A stretch of 64,000 nt of DNA. Origin: the human T2T-CHM13v2.0 reference genome, Homo sapiens. Shown piece after piece: positions 12,713-25,868 of this stretch. Below the pieces are notes generated by a model. The model was not told the origin of the DNA. It saw only the letters and a program-made list of their open reading frames with translations, and ran no database searches. The DNA lies in assembly GCF_009914755.1 (NCBI RefSeq), contig NC_060928.1; one strand, 5' to 3'. Numbering within the stretch: the stretch's first letter is position 1; the number at the start of each line of letters is the position of its first letter. The translations under genes and the position numbers were made by a program.

Positions 12713-15134
12713 ATAACTTTTTCCTTGGAGTTACTCGAATATTTGACACTCAATCCAACAAAAAATATATTTAAATAAAATTCTGAATTATATATTTTGT
12801 TACTGGAATATTGAAGGATGCCTCGACCTGTATTGACCTATTTGAAGTCTCTCCCTGTATTGACGTATCTGAAGTAATATAAAATTAGGTATTTTTTATT
12901 TCAGACTAGTATTTTAAAGTCAAATGCACCATTCCTAATATGGTGACACTTTAAGCTTTAGTAATTGAAATAACAAAAAAATCATCAGGAAGATTGTGTA
13001 CCCTGTGGGAAGGAAAAATGGAACACATTGTCAAATGCTTGAGGGTATTTCCTCCTTCTGCTTTATGCAGATCAATTTCTCCCTTGCAAAATTATTTTTA
13101 AAACAAATAGTTGAAATATACCAAATATACTAAGGGCCTTTCCTTTCCAGAGCTGACAGGTCAGAGAAGTCAAGACAAAACCTAATCAGCCACAAAAACC
13201 TCAAAGTGGGCCAGAGGGAGAATGTGGTCACACTTCTTCCCTTGCTTATTTGGACACCAGTGAACACACAAGGCACTTAGATTGATACTACTTTTTGCAG
13301 ACTCATAGCAAAGACAATAGGGCTGCCTGTGACAATAATCCAGAACAGATGATCATTTCTTGGCATACAGTTAGCACAGGAGGGCCCTGCCTGAGGTACC
13401 AGCCTTGTTTTATGTCATGTAAATTCTGACTTACGCATAGCACAAATTACTAACATAAAGCAAATCAGTGCTTTTCATATTTTTTCCTTTGAATCACATC
13501 AAAAATTAAAACTATTATCCACAACTGCTCCCACGCGTTTTCACAGATCAGCTCCTCCAGAGCTATGGCATTTGCCCCTTTGCACTCGGAACAGCTAATC
13601 TTATCATTTAGTCCTTCAGTATGAGAAAGATATGCAACTGGCCTGAACACTGTTGGTGGATATGGTGAGATACAGCCACAGAGGCAGAGTACCAGATGTG
13701 GCCCTTTTTTTTTTTTTTTTTTTCCAGTAAGATCTTATGGGGTATAACTTCCCTTCACCTCTTTCTGCCTGGCTTGTGCTTGTGGGTGGCCTTAGTTTCT
13801 ATGGTTGAAAGCTAAGGGATGGTGGGATCCAACTGTATCACATCTGATTCAAGTTGGCATTTGTGGCAGTAACAACATTCTAGATGGTTCAGCTTCCCAC
13901 AAGCTATTCTTAGTGAATTTCCAAAGGTTAGTGAAAAAACAAACAACTCTCCTTCTCTTTTTTCTCCTCTGATGCCAGGGAAACTCACAACAAGTCAAAA
14001 GAGCTTACTTTAGAGTCTGGATCAGTTTCCAAACAACCTGGAGGGTTCATCAGGGATTCTATGCTGTACTTTTTAAACCATTTATTTGGAAAGTTTGCTA
14101 AAATCTACTATCACTGGAAATCTGAGTCTCAGCCCCTCAGCCCACTAAACTGTACTCACATATAGAGTAGAAGGTTGGGTACATATCTATATAATGAAAT
14201 GTGTTGGTATCAAAAGAATATAATATAATGAAAGTATTCTAATTTCCTATAAACATCCTAGAAAATTTTTTCTAAAACATACTTTCCTTCGTTATGTTCA
14301 AAAGCACTCTTTGATTTTGTAAACATTTGTTACCCAGGTTATAAAGAGCAGAAAATGTTTGTCAAGACAGTTTATTAGCTAACTTGAAATAGTTGAAAAT
14401 AAGTTTATGACTAATTTCATTTAAAAAGCTGAAAAGCTAAATCTTCATTAGTTCACAGTTGTTTTTTAATTGATCTTCATGGCCCAATATAGTTAAAATA
14501 AAAGACTACTAGAAAGCCTATGGGGTTTGAATTTATGTAATTCTAGTCAAAATTAGCAAGCTTCTTTTGGTTTTATTTTATTTTCTGATTTACATTATGC
14601 AGGAATGCTAGTGGTCTGGGACAATTTTAAGGGCCATTACAAATTTTTATGAAATATTTAATGAAATGGGACCAGTTCAGTATTGTTAATGTTTACAAAC
14701 AAAAATTAGATCTTATTAGAAGATAATCAAAAATTATAACTGATTTAGAAAATTAGTGAAAGCTTATATTCACTGCTAGCTGCCTATTCAAAAGCTATAA
14801 CTCACATATTAGTTTTAAAGTTTGAACCAAGCATAATGTTCAGATAAATGTTTGTTTCCATGTCAATGACTTCTCTAACAAAAGATGCCTGCCTGAGAAA
14901 ATAAGGCCAATATTAAACAATTAAATTAAACAATAAGGCCATTATTTGCATTTGTTTGCCTGACTATGAAGGTGGGTCATGGACATCTGGTTCATCAAAT
15001 AGTGTTCTTCTAGTACTGCAGACACTGCCAGTATGGATTATGTGAACTTCCACTACTTTATCTGTATATTTAGGCTCTTCTTTGTCTACAATTTGGAGAA
15101 CTTTAAGCCTTGAATTTCAATCTCACCCCATTTC

Positions 15135-15640
15135 AACCAATTCATTTGCTTAACCAATATTTATTCAGCATATATTCCAGACACTATTCTAGGTACTGGG
15201 TATAAAGCAATGAACAAGAACACACAAATGGGATTCCCTAAGGAATTCCTTTTCTTAAGGAGCTTACAATTAATTGAGAAGAGATGGACTTACAACAGTT
15301 AATACATAGAGGACCTCAGGTAATCAGAAGTGTACACCTGGTGGTGTGACAGAGAGTGACTGATGTTAAGGCAGACAAAATTAGATAATGTGGTCAGGAA
15401 AAGTCTCTGAACAGAAGCCAATTTGAGATCAATCCCCAAAAATTACCGACATGGGGAGAGAGCTTTCCTAGCAGTGAGAATGCAAGGACAATGGTTGGGA
15501 GGTAAGAATGAGCTTCGCCTGACTAGAGATGGAGCAGTAAATGGGGGCTAGAGCAAGACATGAGCTTGGAGACAGGCAAGGACCAGCTGTGTAAGGCCTT
15601 ACAAATTATAGTGAAGAGTTCTGATTTGAGTGTCCAGTAA
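15135..15640 (-). mobile_element. L2 3' fragment
   Basis: aatatttattcagc followed by ccagacactattctaggtactggg is the antisense L2 terminus. Purine-rich L2 body follows. Confidence 0.75.
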
Positions 15641-16210
15641 GGCAGTGATGTGTTTCAATGTACCTTATTAGCAGTCACTTTGTAATCCACCTTGCAGACT
15701 ACTCTAAATTTTCTAAAAAATATTTCCTACATCGTCCACCTATTTAAAGTCTCAACTGTCTTTTTGGTATCATCAAGAAAATGACAGTATTTACAGACAA
15801 TATTCTTGGCTTTCTACAGTGCAGAGGCAATGAACTTCTCAAATCATACCAAGCAAAACTTCCCTCCATATACTCTGTGCTACATCCAAACTCTTCTGGT
15901 CAGGGTCCCCCAAACTTACCATTTTCTTTCCTGCCTTCATATGTCTGTACATCATCTTTCCCCTGAACCCATCCATCCATTATTTCTACTTCCTCAAGCT
16001 CTTCCCATTCAGTTCCTACAAACTGAATGCGTATATACCTGGCCAAGGTAATTTCTAAATAAGTTGTTTTCTCCTTTACCACTCATTTGGCACTTCATGA
16101 AGTGTGTCTTTTACATTTTAATACATAGGACCAAATAAACCACCTGAAAGTTTGCTGAGATCAGCCAGTGATTTTCAATTTCTTTTCCTTCTCCCATCGC
16201 TAGCACATAA

Positions 16211-16511
<301 letters not shown>

Positions 16512-16527
16512 GCACATAATTTTTAAT

Positions 16528-16800
16528 ACATCCTGTAATCCCAGCTATTCAAGAAGCTAAGCTGGTAGGATCTTCTGAGGCCAGGAATTCAAGACCAGCC
16601 TAGGCAACGGTGAGATAACCATCTCCACACACACACACAAGATTAGTCAGGCAGAACGGCATATGCCTATAGTCCTAACTACTCGTGAGGCTGAGGCAGG
16701 AGGATCTCTTACGCCCAGGAGTTGAAGGCTGCAGTGAGCTATGATACACTCCAAGCTGGGCGATGGAGTGAGATTTGGTCTAATAATAATAAAAAAAAAA
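16528..16800 (+). mobile_element. AluJ-like, slightly 5'-truncated, (CA)n in the linker
   Basis: cctgtaatcccagct, gaggccaggaattcaagaccagcctaggcaac, aggctgcagtgagctatgat, then an A tail. Confidence 0.9.
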
Positions 16801-18719
16801 TCTAAATACAATGAATGCTCACGAATGCTTGATAAAATATTGATGTAACTCACCTGGGTTCAATATGTACTTCTTGTGTGTGTGTGCTAAACTTTGAAGC
16901 ACCTTTCTAAGATGACTTGTTGATTTGGGATATGGTCCAAATCAAAATAGAATTTAAAAAAAAAAAAAAAATCTGTATTGGAACTTAGCCAATGGCCTTG
17001 ATCTCCCTGACATCATTCTCTAGATTTCTATCTAACAATCCTGGATACTCAGTGTTTTTTTTACGGAAGAACAATACCCATCAAGGCCTCTGTGAATGTG
17101 TCTGAGATAGTTTCACCTCGAGTCAAAGAATTTTGCAAATGAGTGGGATGAGTCCACTTCTTTCAGGCTGTCTCTTTGGAACACAAAGCAACCACTTGCC
17201 TTGCTGGAGTTTAAAAATAAATTAACATGGTCAGCCATGGCCTTTCCCAGCACTTTTCATTAAGCTTAAGTCAATGAAATAGATTCAATTAGCTTGTTTT
17301 ACTTTGAAAATAAACTTAAAAAAAAGTCTTCAACATTGATGGCTCTATTTCTCATGGAGTACCAAAAAAAAAAAAAAAAAATGTCAATTTTGCTGAGCTA
17401 TAGAACCAAGAAGTAAACACTTCAAATAGACCCAGATACCACAGAAATGTAAACTATCTGGCACTAAATATTGAACTGACAGTAGCTGAGTTTTTTCATT
17501 TTCAATTTTAAAGCACTTATTAGTGTATAATCTGTTGCCCATTATTGAAGCATTCACCTGGAAAAACTATGGTGATATTTGGACACTGAATAAATATACA
17601 TGTTGTTTACTTAAGTAAAATTTTTATCAACAGTATTTAGACTATGTAAAAAGAAACCATCCTAGAAAACAAAAATACCTTCGAACCAATTATGTGCTTC
17701 CATAGAAGGTCAACATCATTCTATTTAGTGTACGTGCTTCTATTAACTAATCTCAAAAAAAAAAGCTTGAAATATAAACTTTCAGAAAAGGATCCTGAGC
17801 CACAGTATTTTTAAAAAAATACACGCACACATACACTCATGTAAAAAAATCTTGTTCCATACCCTGATTTGTTTTTTAATATTTTTAGTAATTGCTTTAA
17901 AAAAAAAAAAGATTAAACATAAACTAAAGCAGGTGAGAAAGGAATGGGTTTATGTTCCTATCTGGGACTGGGACCTGTTTTATGTTACTAGAAATTGTTT
18001 CTACATGAAGGTAAATGAAAGAAAAATCTATTCTTTCATCACTAAGTAATCACTAATATTTTTTTCAAGCTCATCATTAGAAACAAGATGATGAAGTGGT
18101 CAAATTTAACTCAGCTGAAAAATAACAGCTTCTGAATCTTTCCTTAGTGCTCACCTTACTTAGATCTTCTAAAGAAACTTAGGCCAAATGGGAGATTTTT
18201 TTTTTTTTTTTTGCTGGAAATCAAGCTTCCCCATCCCGATGTGAAATTTACATTTATGAGAATGCAAAGCCAAAAGCATTTTATAAAAAGTTTAATACCA
18301 TAAAGAAATTTTTAAAAATGTACATTTACTGTCTCTTTTGGCTGCACTGTATGGCATTTTAGGAGATACAGATTTTAACATGGAAATTGGTTTGGATGCT
18401 CTTGCCTCCGTGATTAAAACAGATGGCTAATATACGTATGGCTCTCTCAGACTTAACCCCCATACCTCCTTCTCATCACTGTATGTACCAATCTAATTTT
18501 TAGCAAGAATGTGGAAGGATTCCATAGGAAGTTTTAAACTCAGAAAATGAATCTATAATTATTCTCAGCTGGTGAACACAGGTATGAATCATGAAGTAAA
18601 CTTCTAACTGCAGAGAAATACCCTTTGTACTCAAAATTCCTTAAGTGGAGCGAAAACATTTCCTACTTATATACATACACACATACGTACATACAGATAT
18701 ATACATATGTATACGACGA

Positions 18720-19052
18720 GTTAAAGGCTTGCAGTATTGAGATATTAAAACTCCCTAAAAAGAGCAGCTACATTTCGTATTATCCCGCAGTTTCAGGTTT
18801 TAGAAAATTAATAAAAACATAAGTAGTTATACATACTTAATAAAAACGTAAGTAGTAATACATATATACACACATACATATATATGTGTATATGTATATG
18901 TATGTGTATATATAGTATATGTATGTGTATATATATATATATAACTACTTATGTTCTTATTAATTTTCTAAAAACTGAAACTTTGTGGGATAATATGAAA
19001 TGTAGCTGCTCTTTTTAGGGAGTTTTAATATCTCATACTACAAGCCTTTAAC
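18720..19052. repeat. Long inverted repeat (~113-bp arms) around a TA/CA/TG spacer
   Basis: 18720-18831 aligns to the reverse complement of 18940-19052 with 5 substitutions and 2 small indels by manual alignment. Confidence 0.95.
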
Positions 19053-20004
19053 CTGTCATCTATAATCATTTGTATGTGTTTGGATTAACATAATTCTTTA
19101 TAACTTCCATATCCCAGATGTAACCAAAAATAAAAATATAACGTTAGAGGTCAAAGTAAAATTTTTATTCTAATGTTATTCACACACTTTAAAAATTAAC
19201 TCCATATTGTAAATGTCTCAGTAAAATCAAATACTTTCTCATTTTTTATTTCCTAGAAGAGAAAACGAAAAACCTCAAAATATTATTTGGATTTTCTGCA
19301 TAGAGGGCTAAATTATTGGGAAGGATATTAAGATTTAAGTAAATTGGGATGTGGCATCAGCAAAATGGCAGAGTAGGAGATCCTAGCCTTTGCCACCCAA
19401 CAAAAAAACAATTAGATCACTATGCACAAATGAAAATAGCTCTGGGATAGCTTAGACGTACAGTTCATATAAGAAGCTGCAGCAATTCAGTTGGGGAGGG
19501 GGGGAACAAAAACAGAATAAGGTCATGGAAAGGATAGGAAGAATACTTTCATTATTCCATCCCCTACTCTGGCACAGCTTGGTACCAAGTGTCCTGCAAG
19601 TCCCCCTGCGGGGGAAAAGGAGAACAGGGTGAGCAAACAGCGTCCCCAGACTTTGGAAGCCCTATCAAAAAAACCTGCTTTGATTTTACCACATGCAGAT
19701 TACTGCAGAGATCAGCATAGCAGTGATGTCTGTAGATGCCTAGTAACAAAGAGTAAAAGCCGTAAGTGTCAGCCACATGACAGATGCCATAGTGGCCTCC
19801 AGTTACCTGCTCTGCAAAGGACTCCAACAGCTTTCACTGCTGAGGATCTCAACATTACATCCTTGTAGCTGCCATATACTACCTGTCACAGCTTTCACCT
19901 CTAAGACTCCAAAAATTTTGTCTTTGCTGAACCCAGCCACAACCCACCATATCATCCTTTCGCTTTCAGCCTATGTGTATCATTGTATCTAAAATGAGTC
20001 CCAT

Positions 20005-20187
20005 GGTGGGAGGGGGGAGGGATAGCATTAGGAGATATACCTAATGTTAAATGACGAGTTAATGGGTGCAGCACACCAACATGGCACATGTATACATATG
20101 TAACAAACCTGCACATTGTGCACATGTACCCTAAAACTTAAAGTATAATAAAAAAAAAAAAAAGAAAATGAAAATAAATAAATAAAT
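20005..20187 (+). mobile_element. L1PA (L1PA3/4-like) 3' stub nested in L1M
   Basis: gatagcattaggagatatacctaatgttaaatgacgag, poly-A. 14-bp TSD aaaatgagtcccat at 19991-20004 and 20188-20201. Confidence 0.92.
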
Positions 20188-21815
20188 AAAATGAGTCCCA
20201 TAGCTAACATGTCACTGGATCTTTATTTTTTATCGATTTAGTAACTTTATAGAGAAGTAAAAGTATAGAGTTTTTGTATGCAATGGAAATGTAAGTGTTT
20301 GTGAGCTTAATAGGCTATTGTAACTATAATATATTTTGTGTCAGCCTCATGGTAACCACAAACCAGAAATCTTCAGTAGATGTACAAAAGATAAAGCAAG
20401 AGGAATCAAAGTATATCACTACAGAATATCATCAAATCACAAAGGAAGACAGCAAAAGAGGAAGAAATGAAATAATGAATATAGAAAACAGCCAGAAATC
20501 AATGAACAAAATGGCAACAGTAAATCCTTACCTACCAACAACTACTTTAAATGTAAAGGAATTAAATTCTACAATTAAAAGATATACAGTGTCTGAATGG
20601 ATTAAATGAAAACAAAACCCAATTAAATGCTACCTACAAGTGACTCCTTCATCTTTAAAAACACACATAGGGTTAAAGGAATGGCAAAAAAATTTACCAT
20701 ACATATGAAAACCAAAATAACACAGAGATAGCTATACTTACGTCAGATAAAAACAGGCTTTAAATTGTAAACTGTCACAAGAGACAGCAAAAGCCATTGT
20801 ATCATGAGAAAGGAATCAATTCATTGAGAGGATACAATTGTAAACATATATGAACCCAATATTGGAGCAAATATTAACATATATAAAGGGAAAAATTAAC
20901 AGAAATGTAAAAAAGTAAGGCATTTCCATACTCCACTTTTTACAATGGATATTCAGACAGAAAATCATTTAGAAAACATTGGACTTGACCAAATAAAGCA
21001 AAGACACATATACAGAACTTTCCACCCAACAGCAGCAGGATGTGCATTCTTCTCAAGTACACAAGCAACATTCTCTTGGATAGATCATATGTTAGGCCAC
21101 AAAATAAGTCTAAACAAATTTAACAAAAGTGAAATCATATTGAACATCTTTCTAAACACAATGATGTGAACCAGAAATCAGTAACAGGAGAAAACTGAAA
21201 AATTCACAAATCCGTGGAAATTAAACAACATGCATCTGAACGACCAATAGATCTAAGAAGAAATTCAAGAGGAAATTTAAGAATATCTTGAGACAAATGA
21301 AAACGGGAACACAGCATCCCAAACTTAAGGGATTCAACAAAAGTAGTTTAAAGAGGGAATTTTATAGTGATAAACATCTACATGAAGAAAAAAGTGAAAA
21401 GGTCAGAGCAGAAATAAAGAGACTAAAAAAAATAGAAAAGATCAATGAAACTAAGAGTTTCTTTTTGCAAAGGTAAATAAACTTGATAAAACTTTAACTA
21501 GATTAAGAAGAAATTGAAGCCTTTTAATAAATAGAATTAGAAAGAATAGACATTATAACTGATAGCCCAGAAATACAAAGGATCATAAGAGACTAGAACA
21601 AACTATTATATGTCAACAAATTAGATAACCTACAAGAAAAAGATAAATTTCTACAATTATACAACCTGATAAAACTGAATCAAGAAGAAACAGAAAGCCT
21701 GAACAAACCAATAACAAGTAGGAAGATTAAATCTGTTCTCAAAAATCTCCTATCAAAGTAAAGTCCAGGACCTGATGTCTTCACTAAAGAATTTTATAAA
21801 ACATTTAAAGAATTA

Positions 21816-22096
21816 TTCTCAGCAAACTAACACAAGAACAGAAAACCAAACACCGCATGTTCTCACTCATAAGTGGGAGTTGAACAATGAGTACACACGG
21901 ACATAGGGAGGGGAACATCACACACCGGGGCCTGTCGGGGGGTGCGGAGTGGAGGGAGGGATAACATTAGGAGAAATACCTAATGTAGATGACGGGTTGA
22001 TGGGTGCAGCAAACCACCATGGCACATGTATACCTATGTAACAAACCTGCACGTTCTGTACATGTACTGCAGAACTTAAAGTATAATAATAATAAA
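21816..22096 (+). mobile_element. L1PA (L1PA7-like) 3' stub nested in L1M ORF2
   Basis: ggagaaatacctaatgtagatgacgggttgatggg. TSD aaagaatta at 21807-21815 and 22097-22105. Confidence 0.92.
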
Positions 22097-22539
22097 AAAG
22101 AATTACAACCAACCTTTCTCTAACTCTTCCAAAAAATTGTAGCAAAGGAAACACCACCAAATTTATTTTACAATGCCAACATTAACATGATACCAAAGTC
22201 AGGCAAGGACACTATAAGAAAAGTAGGCTACAGGCCACTATTACTGATGAACATGCAAAAATCCTGAGTAAAATACTAGCAAACCAAATTCAACAGGACA
22301 GTAAAAAGATCACACAGCATGATCACATGGCAATTATTTCTGGAATTCAAGAATGGCTCAACATACATAAATCAATAAATGTGATATGCCACATTAAAGA
22401 ATGAAGGATAAATATATAATTATCTCAATAAATGCAGAAAAGGTATTTGACAAAATTTAACATGTGTTCATGATAAAAACTCTCAACAACTCTCAACATA
22501 TCTCCCTGTTGCTGACTTCCATATATCATTCCACAAGTC

Positions 22540-23315
22540 TAGTTGCTTCTACATCCAAATAGTGTTTCATGCTTTAACTTCTTTCCATCTTTCATTTCTC
22601 ACATTGATATCTGCCTCAGCCCTTGAATTGCTCTCTCTGCCTCCAGTCTTGAGTCTCCATGAAGCCATTCAGCATACTCTCAAATTTTACCATCCCACTG
22701 TAAAATTGTTCAGTAGCTACCCATCATCCCCATGTTAAAGTCCAAATCCCTTAATATCACTTTTAAAATCCTCTACAGTCTAACAAACTGAGTATTTATT
22801 TAGGCTTATATGCAACCTCTTTCCTTCCTATTTAAAAAATATAGCAAAAGCTAACATATTTTTGTTCTTTGAATGGACTTTCCATTCTGTCATTCCTTTC
22901 ACCACCCTCTCCTTAGCATATGAATTGCTTATGGATTGGGTAAGCATTTTGCTTACTTGACACAGAATAACATATCCTCTAGCTATCTGTGCTGTTTATT
23001 TTCCTCTTTATATTATCAACTCTACTCATCCTTCAATCTCCATCTATCACATACACAGAAAATCTTTCCTTAAGTCTTTGAGATTGAGATCCTCTGCTAT
23101 CTGTATTTAAAATGTATGCATTCCTGTAGAATCATATTTTGTCAAATTTTATTTTCTGAATTTTTACCTGTCTTCCTTTAATAATTGACTCTTCTCTGAG
23201 ACCAGGTTCTGTAGTTGCCTTATTTACATTTATCCAATGTTTAACAAATTACATATATATACTAGATAATATATACCTTGAAAGAAGGAATATGTGATTG
23301 AATGAATGAATAAAT
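22540..23315 (+). mobile_element. L2 fragment
   Basis: Pyrimidine-rich L2 body (ctctctctgcctccagtctt) ending in ttgaatgaatgaat. Confidence 0.6.
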
Positions 23316-23370
23316 TTCTTAGAACTTGAAAGAGAGAATATTGTTTATGGTAAATCAAAAGTCTGAAAAT

Positions 23371-23683
23371 AGCCACGCACAGTGGCTCATGCCTGTAATC
23401 CCAGCATTTTGGGAGGCCGAAGCAGGTGAATTTGAGCTCAGGGGTTGAAGACCAGCCTGGGCAACATGGTGACATCCTGTCTTTATCAAAAATACAAAAA
23501 AAAAAAAAATATAGCCAGGCATGGTGGTGTGCACCTGTGGACCCTGCTACTCGGGAAGCTGAGGTGGGAGGACCGTTTAAGCCCAGGAGTGGAGGTTGCA
23601 GTAAGCCGAGATTGTGCTACTACATCCCAGGCTGGGTGACATAGTAAGACCCTGTCTCATTTAAAAATAAAAATAAAATTTTA
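23371..23683 (+). mobile_element. AluJ-like, full length
   Basis: Dimeric Alu. Imperfect TSD aaaagt(c/t)tgaaaata. Confidence 0.92.
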
Positions 23684-25134
23684 AAAGTTTGAAAATAATA
23701 TCTTTTCTAAAATTCTTATAGGTAAAAACAAATTATAAAAATTAGGCCAGAATCAAAATATGATTAAATTTTTAAAAGAATCCCCTTGCATCCTTAAAGA
23801 AGATAAAAGATAAGCAGTAACTCTTGAAAAAATATTTTTTAAAAAAATTGTTTTCTTAGCATATTATTGTTTTCATTTACTTATTTAACAAATATTTATT
23901 GAGTGCGTACTATTACCCAGGCACTATGCCATCTCTTTGATAAACAACATAATTAGAATGTTTTGCATGTGTTCCATTAGATGATTTAATTTTAAAGTTA
24001 GAAACCGTGTGATTTTAAAAATCAGCTCAGCACATAGCTAACATGAAATATAAACAAGATCTTACATGATGAAAAGAATAGCTAAAAACTACTGCCTTGT
24101 ATATTTAGAAAAGAAAATTACATGGTAGAAAGACCCAAAGGAATAGCTACCTTGATTTAACACTGCTGGAACTTTCAGCATTTGGCTGATGACCAGTAGA
24201 GCACATTAGTATTGTAAGGCCAGGCATTGAAAAGAACACTAAGATTCGCTTGCTACCTTCCTTACATAAGCCAGAATCCATGTACTGTATATGAATCCAC
24301 AAAAATAATAAAGGGAGGTGACCCAAGAGCAATGCTTACATAATTATCTCCAGTTGTCATCAAAGTTTTAATTTAAAGATTGGAAAAAATGGAAAATGCT
24401 GGTCTCTATAATCTGAGAAAGAACTAGAAGGGACAATGACACATTTTTCTTTTATGGACTTATGTTTTATGGACTTATGACATTACATGAAGGATTTATT
24501 GTTAGAATCTATATATATGCAGATCACATACAGTTTTATATATAATTATAAAAAATGTAAGAGGACAGCAATTAGTCTCATATTAATATTCAAAGTGCTA
24601 ACAGTTAACACCATATCATTTTACTAAAAGCAAGAAATTCCTATTATTTTCCATTCAAAAGAAATAAAATATTTCCCTACGATAGTTACTCATTTGGAAG
24701 ACATGTGAAAACCGGCAGTCACTTGGCTTTTGAAGGAATGAAACTTTGAAAGGGTTCAGACGAATTGTTCTAAATGTAGATTTTAATTGGTTCCTTCATT
24801 CCCCGTGACCTATAAAATACTCAGAGAAGCTTCAAGCAAAATGTGTTTTCTCCCCACCCTGATCCTTGCCATTGGCAAAGGCTGCTTATTTTCTTATGTT
24901 TCAAATTATCCTAGTTAACGTGACTGGCTTTGTTTAGCAATGACTTCACATAACTGGGCCTTTTATCAGGCATTTTTATATACCGGCACTATTCATGTTA
25001 TTATCAAAGACTGAAAAACAACATTTTTTGTAAAAGCTGAGCAAAACACCAAAGAGCATGATGGCAACAATAATATATTTATCATGAGATGCTGGTAAGA
25101 AGAGTTAAACAAACCGAAAAATAAATGATCTAGC

Positions 25135-25465
25135 AACCAGAGGCTGGAGTGAGGGTGGACAGGGAAAGGGGAAATGTTGGTCAAAGGGTGCCAAGTTTCA
25201 GTGAGATGGGAGGAACAGGCTCTGGTGATCTATTGCACAGAATGGTGACTCTAGCTAATAATAATGTATTGTATATTTCAAAACAGATAAAAGAAAGGAT
25301 TTTAAGTTTCTCACCACAAACGAATGATAACTGTTTGAGGTGATGGATATGTTAATTAGCCTGATTTGATCATTTCACAATACATGTATACATGACATTG
25401 TACCCCATAAATATATTCAATTATTATTTGTCAATCAAAAATAAAATAAAACTTAAAAATAAAAT
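25135..25465 (+). mobile_element. L1MA (L1MA8/9-like) 3' end
   Basis: ggtgatctattgcacagaatggtgact, gaggtgatggatatgttaattagcctgatttgatcatt, A-rich tail. Confidence 0.85.
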
Positions 25466-25847
25466 TCTCATCCTAAAAAGAATTTAAAGGCTAAACATGA
25501 GCTTTCAAAGAACATTTTTGGAAAGTACGTGTGAATAAATATTTTCAGGGCTAGTTTCTTTTCATTAGTACATGTTAAGCATTTCTCTTCTACAATGTGT
25601 TTAATATCTACACATTATTATATCACAATTATGAGCCATAATTTTTATATCCATCTGCCACTGATATTTTATTTTCAGTATTCTACCTTTAATCATGAAC
25701 CTTACTTTTTGTATGCACTTCTGATTATTTCCATGGAACACATTCACTGAGTTATAATTGTTGGGTCACAGGGAACTGCTCTGTCATTTGAAATCTGGGA
25801 AGCAGGAACCATATTGTAATGCGCCTCATTTATAAACAGGACCACCA

Positions 25848-25868
25848 TGCCATCTGCAGATGGCACTA
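25848..25868. promoter_or_regulatory. Palindromic CTCF-like motif / paired E-boxes
   Basis: tgccatctgcagatggca is an 18-bp perfect palindrome. TCTGCAGATGGCACTA approximates the CTCF core CCASYAGRKGGCRS. Binding cannot be shown from sequence. Confidence 0.45.

Larger units (their letters stand above)
19348..22500 (+). mobile_element. Fragmented L1M (L1MA-like): 5' end, inter-ORF region and degraded ORF2
   Basis: The 5' end reads cagcaaaatggcagagtagg. The ORF2 start at 20511 translates MATVNPYLPTTTLNVKELNSTIKR. TFSWIDHMLGHK endonuclease motif. RT-proximal sequence continues to ~22500. Confidence 0.85.

Noticed and set aside
12826-12875. 27-bp-period direct repeat (cctgtattgac..at.tgaagt x2) and the 46.5-kb repeat as CRISPR-like arrays
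   Set aside because: Only two copies with no spacers, in eukaryotic DNA. These are simple slippage duplications.
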